From the NCBI RefSeq assembly GCF_964355755.1, contig NC_092676.1, positions 26,864,871-26,928,870 of the forward strand: DNA of 64,000 nucleotides, written 5' to 3'. The notes under the pieces are model-generated. The model had not been told where the DNA came from, made no database searches, and was given only the letters and a program-made list of their open reading frames with translations. This document shows, piece by piece, positions 13,201 to 23,957 of the stretch (its first letter is position 1; each line of letters begins with the position of its first letter). The position numbers and the translations under genes were made by a program. This DNA comes from Antedon mediterranea. Lineage: Eukaryota > Animalia > Echinodermata.

Positions 13201-14792
13201 TTTTTTTATTTTTTATTCCAACTTTTATCTACTGGTTTTATATATATTTTGTATTTCTTTATTGTTTAATTAATTTATTTTCTTTATTTATTTTTTTTTT
13301 CTTCTCTTAATTTAAATATTTTGTAAAGGCAATCCCGTCACAAGATTGTAATCTTTTTGGGATTTGCCTTCGTCCATTTTCTTGTTTTATCACTTGCCAT
13401 TTTGTTTTTGTTACTTTTGTCTTTTGGACGTGAATAAATGTTCCTTGAATTGAATTGAATTGAACCATATTTGGCATATCATTACCATATTTGGGCACTT
13501 CACACTTATTTTGTCAAAAAAGTTTGATAGTGTATAGACAGAGCTTTCTACAAGATAGGCATCCCAGCACATAACACCGTTTTCTACGATTATAAGACAC
13601 TTTTTCCTAACGATTTTTTTTCTCAAAATTGTAGATGACGTTCAGACAATAAAAGCAATGACGTCAGGTGGAGGATTATGGGATAGTTTGTATGTTCAAG
13701 AACCCGTTATCTCTACAACTATGAATGTAAATATATTTTTAAAATAATATGCATTTAAAAATGTTTTTTTCACACACAGTTTGGTAGTTTAGAGCTTAAG
13801 AGCCAGATAAAATCGAAAATAATTAATTCCATACTGACAGACTGATCAACGAATTTTTGTATTTTTAATTTTGTGTAATTCATTTTAAAGTATGAACCCC
13901 CGATGGAAACTTTCCAACCAGACTACCACGAACCCCAGTTTGAACAACAACAACATCACCAGCACCAAGTCAACGTCGCACACTCTTCAGTTGATTGCGA
14001 AGCATGGCAGACACCAGTGTCGCCCAGTGGATATTTCTTCAACTCGGCACATGCTCCGTACGACCGACCTCTCGATTTCGGACGCCCACCCCCTGAATTC
14101 GGACGTCCGCCCCCCGTGTGTCATTACTACCCAATATCGGCTTCATGTCCGAGCAGTATGAGTGGGTGTCAGACCTCACCGTGTGACACCGTCATGGTGC
14201 CACACCAAGAACTCGATAAGCAACCGAAGAAAAGACGAGGCCCGGGAAGACCAAAACTTATAAGACCACCTAAAACAAGTGAGTTGAAAAGAAAACTATT
14301 CATAACATTAACTATTTCTTATACTAATCGGAAGTGGTGTTTGATATGGCCAAAAAGTTTGGCATTCATGTTGTTGAGTTCTAGCTTTTCGAGAATATTA
14401 AGAATAGACCTAATATACGTTTAATAAGTTTAACTTTCGTTCTATTATTTACAGAAAAACTACAATTGTTTGAATTTCTGCTCGAATACCTTGAGAATCC
14501 GTGCTCGCCTCACTTAGAATGGATTGATAAGTCAACTGGACTGTTTCGGTTCCAATCCGCTCACAAAGAAGACTTTGCAAATAAATGGGGCGATTATAAA
14601 GGCAACAGGAATATGACGTATCAGAACTTAGCGCGTGCACTGCGTAACTATTGCCACAGCAATATTAAAATTATGCTGAACGAGAAAAGAAAGCTGCACT
14701 ACCGTTTTAATATTGAAGCTATACTCGAGCACCCGACAAAGTTTAAATGTATATTTCGCTCTTACGCAAAACATACGACGAGGAAAAGCTAA
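10243..14792 (+). CDS. ETS transcription factor with PNT/SAM domain, AT-hook and Spi/PU.1-like ETS domain (about 402 aa, 6 exons)
   Basis: Phase-consistent GT-AG exons: 10243-10320, 10887-10989, 12761-12970 (PNT: DPQTWDIDDVQVWLRW...MDGRSL), 13635-13726, 13891-14278 (KKRRGPGRPK) and 14455-14792 (LQLFEFLL...WIDK..GLFRFQSAHKEDFANKWG..KGNRNMTYQNLARALRNY). The first two exons rest on splice phase only. Confidence 0.88.
12240..12377. mobile_element. Short MITE in ETS gene intron
   Basis: Imperfect TIRs TAAAGCCTGTTTTACATTAGCGAATATTTTCGCGC / GCGCGAATAAATTCGTCTAGTAAAAAAAGGCTTA. Confidence 0.6.
13066..13546. mobile_element. Abundant MITE copy split by a LINE 3'-UTR fragment
   Basis: MITE left arm about 13066-13150 and right arm about 13464-13546. 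The insert has a hairpin AGGCAATCCC...GGGATTTGCCT and ends AATAAA...(TTGAA)4. Confidence 0.7.
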
Positions 14793-15380
14793 ACTATCTT
14801 GAAAAACAGTATACATTGGAAGACAATGTGTGTTACCAATACAGAAACTGGAATGAAGAAAAAGAAAAATGATATCCAAATTCTCCGCGTACGAACATTA
14901 CAAGTATATAGCATTTCAATAAACAATAGGCTATTATTATTATGCCTATTACTAGTAGTAAATATTATTGTAAATATTTATGTATCTATTGAGTTTTTAA
15001 TTAAACAGATGTTGATAAAATCAATACATTTGGATTTATTGTTATATCGTCGCGTGATTAAAAAGTGTATGTGTCGATCACATGGCGAAATGGTCATGGG
15101 ATAAAAGTTTTGCAACTATGGCACGCCGATTATTTATTGGTAAAAGTTGAATACCTTGAGTATATTTAAGATTATATGACGACAAAGGTAACAGTAACCT
15201 AACAATATACTGTATAAATATATTGTAAAAAGAATATTATTTGATAAAGTAAACTAGGTCAAGGGATTTTAATTGAGACACACCCGGCAGATCAAAATAA
15301 TCAGTTCGCTGCGTTCCATAGATCGTATATCCGGCCCCTTTTTTTCTCCGTCTTGTTTATCGGCGAATCTTAAGAACACC

Positions 15381-18300
15381 ATGGCTAATTTGAAGACATT
15401 TTTCAGGTATTTTTCACTTTCTTTTGCCTGTTTAACATTGCAGGTAGTTAGAATATATACAACTCTACATGCTCAATAGATAATAAGTTGTCATTATAGG
15501 TGTTTATGTAATCTAAATTATTCTGATAGCTAGGCCTTGAAGGCTAGGCTCTAACCAGCAGGGGAGGAGGGAAGCAAAGGAGCGGCTGAAGTGAGCTATT
15601 TTCCTGCTCATTGTCGAGTATGAAGAGGGGCGGTCATGTGTAAGAAATATGTAACGTCACGTGAATAATGAAATATAATTATAAAACTTACAAACACCTT
15701 GTTTGATTTTGGGAATAAAACATATCTATAATAAATTGGGCAGTGGATATTCCTAATTTTGTTTCTGCATTTGCAACTGTGTGTGGAATCCTTCAAAGAA
15801 TAATGAGGGCACTTCCTCAGGACTACATAGCCTAGCATCCAGGGTAGGGAGGTACCTCCCTGGCCTATCTACCAAGTAACCAATAAAATAATCAACTGTT
15901 CTATCTAGGCCAAGCTACAGTAGGCTAGGCTAGATTAGTATGCTAAAAATTGACTCAATTTACAGTTATGTGGACGAACATCAAGAAGAGTATGTGAAAC
16001 GTTTGGCCGATGCAGTTGCCATCAAAAGTGTCTCAGCTTGGCCTGAATGCAGAGGTGACATCACAACAATGGTCCACAGTGTTGCTAAGGTACGTATAAC
16101 TGGCCAAAATCAACCAATCAGATACTGTCCTACAATTGTCCTATTCTGCAGCAAAAGTGTTAAATATATTATTGCAAAACTTTGTTTGTGTACAATGCAA
16201 ATGTTTTTCAAAGTAATTTCTAGTTGATTTAATCAACAAAAACTTTATTTCATTCGTAAACTGAGCATAATTTTCTTGGTTCCAACTATATGAGCCTCTC
16301 CGGTAAGTTTACAGAGTGATGCAAGAACTGACAAAGTTAGTCCATTACAACTGGGGCTATCAATATTTTGTGCCTTCCATACATGCTTTTTCCCATATCC
16401 GATTACAATAATTTCATATATTATTAATTTATTACTACAGTATCTAATTATGCTAAATATGCTTATTTAGAGTTTAGAAAAGCTTGGTGCCACAGTGGAA
16501 CTGGTTAAGCTAGGACAGCAGACTCTAGATGATGGTACAGTTCTTGATCTACCAGAGGCCATCCTTGGTAAGGAGGAGAGCTTAGTCAAAATATATAAAG
16601 GTTGAAAGGCTAAAGGTTTTAAATGGGTCAATTCATTCCATCTATTTGAATTTATATACAGTATAGCAAGTGTCAAACTGTACAATAGACCCACTGTAGA
16701 TGCTCAATACATTTATTGATTTAAATATGTGTTGTCCCCCTTTTACATTTTTTGTTGAATATTTCATTTTAATGTCGCATAACAGATCCACTTTGACCAA
16801 TAACTGGATAAAAAAAATTACCTGTAAAAAACGTAATTTAAAGCAAAGCAGTTCTTAAATTCTCTGTCAAACAATTTTTTTTGGTTAAAATTAACAGGAT
16901 TTTTAAAAACTTTTTAAAAGTGAAATAATTTTTGTTCTCTACAGAAGTGAATAATTTTATTAAAACTGCAAAATGGCCTATTCAAAGTATTTAAAGTTTT
17001 TATTAATCTTTATGTTTCATGTTTTTGGGGGACAAAACATCTTTATCATTTAGAATATTCTGTAGAGAGACGGTTGTACTGTACATCCAAATATGGTGAA
17101 GAGTGCTGGGACCTCGACAATAATAGATAGTAGAGAGATAAACTGTCCTCTTAATACTAAATATGAACATTGTCATTTTTATTACACAACAATTTGTGTG
17201 TGTACCACTTGAAAAATAGTTACATTCAACAAAAGATTATCTCGGTCAAATCTTAATTAAGTAAATCGTAAGTTGGTAAATTAATCCCGCCATTTTTATT
17301 TGCTTTTTTGATGTACATGTATATTAATATTTAAGGTGATTTTATATATTATTGATGTATTTTTAATGTTATTTATTGAGATGCCAAATAAATGAAAAGA
17401 AAAGAAAAATCGGCTCATGTAAACAGCAAAGAAAAAGCACCGAAAGAGGAAGTGTTCCTTAAAAACTATACCAAATAAAATGTCATATAACAATGTAGAG
17501 TTATGTTTAACCATGCTTATAAGTGTAATAAAATGATATATTTATGATTAAAGATTCAAAACCAAATAATAAATATGGTTTTTGAACTCATTATTTGTTC
17601 ATTAGAGCAAACACAAAATTTACAGAGTTTTCCCCAGATAAATAATATAATGGCATCTCATAGAAAGTTATTAATTTCAATACTCTGTACTCTCGTAAGT
17701 CTTGTATTGACCCACTCAAAAAGTTCAAACACCCCAATTTTGTTTTTGAATAATTATGATTTCAATTAGTTTAATTTTAAAAAGTTTTAGAAAATGTATT
17801 ATTTTTTTAAATATTATTTTCTTGATTATATTTAATAATTTTATATTTCAGGTTCACTTGGGTCAGACCCAAATAAGAAAACTGTCTGTCTGTATGGACA
17901 TTTAGATGTGCAACCAGCCCAAGTGGTAATATTATTTATATTGTTTATAATCTTTAATTACAGTTAAGTCCTGTACTTGGTCAGATGTTTGCCCTACTCT
18001 GACGTAATTTGTAGTTTATACTAAGTACATTGAGAATACTTCAACAAAAATATGCAAGTTATTTTCAGGTGGGACTCAAACCCACGACCTTTAGATCACC
18101 ATTCTGACATTTATACCTCTAAACCACTGAGCTTGCCTCGATGGCTAGGGGTTACATTCAAACTTAGTGGTCTATAGGTATGAACGTGATAGGCTAGTAA
18201 TGTGGAGGTCGTGGGTTTGAGTCCCACCCGAGAACTACTTGTGTATTCTCAATGTACTTAGTATAAAGTACAAATACGTCAGAGTAGGGCAAAAATTTGA

Positions 18301-21300
18301 CCAATTACTCTACACCCTGATTCAAAGTTACTCCACAGTAATTACAAACAATTTCAAGCCCTGTCCTATTACTAGGTGATTTGTAACATTTTTACAACTC
18401 TCCAAGTTAACAATTTGTTTCTATAAATGATTTAAACAGTCAGATGGTTGGGACACAGAGCCGTTTGTTTTAACGGAAAAGGATGGCAAGCTTTATGGGA
18501 GAGGATCGTCTGACGATAAAGGACCAGTTCTGGCATGGGTCAACATGATAGAAGCTATGCAGGCTCTCGGCCAAGAAATTCCAACCAATATTAAGGTATG
18601 CTTGCATGTATAGGCCAAGAGATTCCTGCAGGCTCTAGGCCAAGAGATTCCCACCAATATTCGGGCATATATAGGGCAAGAGATTCCAACCAATATTAAG
18701 GTACAGTATGCTGGCTTGTATTGGCCAAGAGATTCCTGCAGGCTCTAGGCCAAGAAATTCCCACCAATATTTAGGTATTCTGGCATGTATAGGCCAAGAG
18801 ATTCCTGCAGGCTTTAGGCCAAGAAACTTACACCAATATTAAGGTCGTGTTGTATGCAGGCTCCACCCCGACCGGTTGTCACAAACCACTAACTTGTGAT
18901 GACTGGCTGATATTTTTCTTTTCATTTTAGTTTTGCTTTGAAGGTATGGAGGAGTCTGGCTCAGAAGGTCTAGATGAACTAGTGTTTTCAAGGAAAGACA
19001 CATTTTTCAAGGTATACAACACATACATTATACAATAAGGTTATTTTTTTATACTATAATTTTAATGTAAATTAATAAAATTCATTCAAAAGATAAGCTC
19101 CTTTTCCATATTTGCTATTGTGTGTTGCGATAATATAATATCATTATCTATATCTATAGGATGTTGATTATGTATGCATCTCTGATAATTACTGGTTAGG
19201 CAAAAAGAAACCATGCATCACATATGGTTTAAGGTATGTTTATTACATATGTTCATTTTAATTCGCAACATATAATACACATTGTTGAGTACAGTTTGAA
19301 TATAACAATCATTACTTTTAACTGCCATACCCATATTGTATTACATATTATGTTGAGATTTGTTAAGTAGCACCCTCTATGTTTGGATGTATTTTTTAAA
19401 TAATTATAGCACCCTCTGTGGTATGGCCATGCTTTTATAAAGTCTTGATATTTCATTTTTCCAAGTTGGAACCACTGCTTTGACAGATGCATTCTTTCTT
19501 TATAGAATGGTATTTAACTGTTTTTTGTTTTGGTTCTTTTTAGAGGTATTTGCTACTTTTTTATTGAAGTGAAATGTGCAGATAAAGACTTGCATTCTGG
19601 CGTCTTTGGAGGTTCAGTGTGAGTTACATTAATTTAATTAAATTTACAATTAAACCTTTTTTTTATCTAGAAAATCTAAATCTGCCTTTTAATGAACGCA
19701 AATAAGTTTTATCCAAATTCCGTGGTAAACCACAGTCAAGTTAAGGTTTCTAGTTATTGCGTCTTTGGTATTTTAAATTTTTTCAATATAATTGAAAAAA
19801 AAAACTTAAAATTTATGTTACTATATGCCACAGTATTTAATTATTATTGTTAAAATTAATGTTAACATTTCTATTAAATATATATAATATGTATTTAATT
19901 AACTATTATTTAATAGGCATGAGGCCATGGCTGATGTAATAGCCCTTTTGAACACTCTTGTTGATGTCAATGGCAAAATCTTGGTTCCTGGTGTCACAGA
20001 TACCGTGGCCGAACTTACTCCAGAAGAAAAGGCAAAATATGAAGCGATTGATTTTGATAAGGTAATGCTTATTATTGTGGTGCAAGAGTGTGTAGTAGTA
20101 TCACAGGTTTTTAAACTTGGCTACCGAACCATCAGTCCTGGGTTCAAATCCTGTTGGATATCTGAATTTTGTCACATGACAAAACACTCCCAAAGACTTG
20201 TTATAAAGCTCTGTCTACATTATCAAATTTTATGTGACAAAGAAAATGTGATGTGCTACTATTTTTCAGCATATCAATACCATATTTGGGCACATCACAC
20301 TTTCTTTGTCAAACTAGTTTGATAGTGTACAGATTAAGAATGTTTATGTAGAGCATCTTGTGTCTTTGTCTAGTCCATGGATTGTCACCTGTATATCAAT
20401 ATACTATCAATAGTACTTGCCAGTGTGACAACATGCTGATTTAAAAATAGTTCACAACAACACTAAAGTTCTGTCTACACTATCAAACTTTATGTGACAA
20501 AAAAATGTGATGTGCCTATATATGGACATGATGATGTCATATCACGACCATATTTAAGCATATCACTACCATATTATCAAACTTTATGTGACGTGCCTAT
20601 ATATGGACATGATGATATCATGTCACTGCCATATTTAAGCATATTACTACCATATTTAGGTGCATTACACTTTTTTCAAGGGGAAGTATTTTCAATGATG
20701 CATGTTTAGAATCGGTATAATGTTTTCAAAGAAATTCACAATAAATAATGTTGTTTGTGTTGTAGGAGGATTATAGAGAAGACATCGGGGCTAACAAGTT
20801 GATGCATGAAAGTAAAGAACAGATATTGATGCATAGGTGGCGCTATCCATCATTGTCCATTCACGGTAAGACTATTCTTTTATTCTTTATTAAAGCCCCA
20901 TTCCCTACGTTTTTTAGATCTAATTTAAGATCACAAACTATATTTAATGTAAAAATAATACTATGTGGTCCTATTGCGATAACTTTTTTCGTCTTTAAAC
21001 GGTTAAAAATGTGAAAAATAAATCGATTCTAATAATTATAGCGGCCCGCTATAAATCCCAAAATGCATTGCGCGCGGATTGATATTTTTGTTTTTCACCT
21101 GTAATTCGCCCACTTTTCGATCGATCGTGAAGCCAAAACAAATGGAAGACTCCTAACTTTTCAGCGAAAATACCGGGTTTTCCCTAATTTGTATCAACGG
21201 AGTCTGGCAAAAATAGAAAGACAATTAATGCAGCAACTATACAACGTCAGGCTAGGTATATAGCTAGCGTACGATGTTCGTACGTTATCGATGTTTACCA

Positions 21301-23430
21301 GCTAGGCCTACAAAACTAAGCCTAGCTAGGCTAGGCCTAAGACCGTCCACGAGAGGTCGATCGCCGCGAGCTACTTAGGTAGTGCATTGTTTCTCACTTT
21401 ATCATAATTTACCATAAAACGTACATTTAAGACAAGGAATGACATGGTTTAATGTTTTTAAAGTGATATATATGTATCATTTTCCAAAAAACGTCCAAAA
21501 TTGCAGGGAAGGGGTCTTTAAAAACAAACCAATTGGCAGCAAATCTGCTGAATTGCATGGTAAGGGACAATATACATTCAAAAGACAAGTAAAGTAAAAG
21601 TCATCATTAAACAAAATTATCGCAATTAACAAAATATATATAAATGTAGACATAAAGTATAAAAAATATAGACATAAAGTATAAATATAGACATTATCAG
21701 AGCTTTTGAGATATTTAGTACTAGCCTAACTGGACAAGTTAATATATGCTGTGCATGTTGTGCTATTTAAATGCAGTTATTTACCCACATAAGATCTATG
21801 GATCTGGATGATGTTTTTAATTTATTGTGACGTTATTTTGGCTAGCAAAATGTGGGAAATGTTTTTTTTTTCTTACCTTATTTTGTCAGTTTTGTTTCTC
21901 AATCATATATATTTATATATACAGTGTCTTTTATCTGGAGGACCAAACTTAATAAAGCCTTGGCTTAATGCGTCCTCACACAATTATATTTATTATTTAT
22001 CATATGTTCTGTATATTTTTTTATTTTATATTGTGTGAAACAATAAACTTGAACTTGAATCTATTAGCTGGTGGTCCACAGTAGATAACAAACTACAAAT
22101 TTATTTGATGTGAATTCAGGTATTGAAGGAGCATTTTATGAACCTGGATCAAAGACTGTGATACCAAGGAAGGTGATTGGCAAGTTTTCAATCCGTCTTG
22201 TGCCAGACCAGGATCCTGCCGTTATTGAGAAACAAGTTCTTGATTATCTGAATAAGAAACACAAGGAACGAGGCTCACCAAATACGATGACGTGAGTCCC
22301 AAATATGGACATCATCATATCCACATATGGACATCATCATATCCATATATGGGCACATTACATTTTGTTGTCACATAAAGTTTGATCGTGTAGACAGGGC
22401 TTAAAACCTTCTTTGTAATTTGTTAGAAAGCAGATAGCTTGTTTGCTTGTGAAAATTTTTGATGTTTTTATGTTTTCTTATCAACAGTCCATCTATGGGC
22501 CATGGAGGCAAATGTTGGGTGTCAGATTTCAACCATCCTCACTATCAAGCTGCAGCCAGGGCTAGTAAAACAGGTAAAAATGATAATAGTATCAAATAAC
22601 AACTCCACCCTGCATTTTGTTATTAAGACACTGCTTTGACTTCATTTCTTCAATCCATTGTATAAACTAGAAAGCTCTGACCACACTATCAAACTAGTTT
22701 GACAAAAAAAGTGTGATGGGCCCAATTATGGTAGTGATATACCCAAATATGGTAGTGATATGACATCATGTCCATGGGCACATCACATTTTTTTGTCAGA
22801 TAAACTTTGATAATGTAGACAGGCTTAAGCCTTTACTAAGTGTCCTACTATTATCTACATCGTATAGTGTATGGCATAGAACCGGATATGACTAGAGAGG
22901 GCGGTAGCATCCCAGTTACGCTGACTCTTCAAGAAGCAACTGGAAAGAATGTTTTACTGCTGCCGATCGGAGCATGCGATGATGGAGCGCATTCTCAAAA
23001 TGAAAAACTTGACCGGTACAACTACATTCAAGGGGTAAGCATGAACAATTATATATTTTAGTTTAAATAATATGAAAATACACTGAGAAAGAGTTGGTGT
23101 TAACCGAAACCTCTGTAATTTCTTTCTTGTTGTTTTTACTCATGTTATTTGTATCTCCATTGCGATTCAGCTACTAATACTGTACCTAGAGCTTGTCATT
23201 TTTCCATTTGCCTATTTGATTAATATGAAAATACACAAATAAAAGTGTGAATCATTTTTGCGATTATGGAATTATGCTTCCATAATTTCCTGTTTATATA
23301 TATTTAAATTAATTAATTTGAATTGAAATATTAAATTAAAAGAAATAAAATTGAAATTTTTACATTCCTTTTTTTCCCATAGATCAAGCTGATGGGTGCA
23401 TACCTACACGAAGTATCGCAACTGAAGTAA
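15381..23430 (+). CDS. CNDP2: Cytosolic non-specific dipeptidase (peptidase M20A), 14 exons
   Basis: Exons 15381-15406, 15966-16089, 16471-16567, 17852-17925, 18440-18595, 18931-19011, 19160-19233, 19544-19618, 19917-20061, 20766-20865, 22120-22291, 22488-22573, 22868-23034 and 23383-23430. Intact motifs [45 protein letters not shown] and GAHSQNEK. Confidence 0.97.
17978..18303. mobile_element. Head-to-head inverted pair of tRNA-derived SINEs
   Basis: Both copies carry a B-box-like GGTTTGAGTCCC and an A-box-like AGCTCAGTGG or AACTTAGTGG. Their bodies at about 17978-18090 and 18207-18303 are reverse complementary. Confidence 0.7.
18558..18860 (+). repeat. Tandem repeat derived from the CNDP2 exon 5 end and donor site
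   Basis: Repeats of TGCAGGCTCT(C/A)GGCCAAGA(A/G)ATTCC(A/C)ACCAATATT(A/T)AGGT. The first copy is coding. Confidence 0.9.
20894..21517. mobile_element. Kolobok-like non-autonomous transposon, copy 1
   Basis: TTAA-AGCCCCATTCCCT...AGGGAAGGGGTCT-TTAA. Nearly identical to 59264-59886. Confidence 0.85.
22671..22826. mobile_element. High-copy MITE (AAAGCTCTGTCTACACTATCAAAC TIR family)
   Basis: About 130-170 bp palindromic element. Other copies or fragments at about 5660, 13066, 20207, 20464, 22297, 24087, 27736, 28046, 28499, 28833, 31216, 44490, 51352, 55745, 58009, 61887 and 62555. Confidence 0.9.
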
Positions 23431-23957
23431 ACCCAATTAAAATAATAATCAGACTATAAAAACTAAACCATTGTATTCAATTTTATTTCCATTAATTTAA
23501 TTTTAGATAACTAATATTTTTGTATTTAAATAGAATTATCAATTTACAATTTATGATTTAATAGTCATTTTTCATAAATGTGCAAATGATACAGCACAGA
23601 CCACACTGACTCAGAGCATTCCAGTATAAAGACATTTTATTTTGCAACTGAAAATAATTTTAATTTGATCTATAATATATAAAAGAATTTAAAACTGAGG
23701 GTAGAGTTTACAAATTATATAATACTCAGTTTATTGCTAAATTACACTACTAAGTGGCTAAAAGAAATAATACAAAATAAGGATTGTGAATTTTGAGTTT
23801 TTGTTTATTTTGTATTTCAGCATCATAAGTTCCTCGTACACTAAGAGCTTGTTCAGAAGTTGGTTAGGTATTTCCTGGATAAACTGCGCTGCGCTAACTA
23901 TGTTTAACGCATCATTTTACACTTTATCCACCATCACTGTATAGTAGTGCAATGATG

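Noticed and set aside
13892-15104. Overlapping or antisense ORFs around the ETS exons (13892-14161, 14449-14640, 14628-14879, 14799-15104)
   Set aside because: These are shadow frames of real exons or AT-rich 3' UTR with no recognisable motifs.
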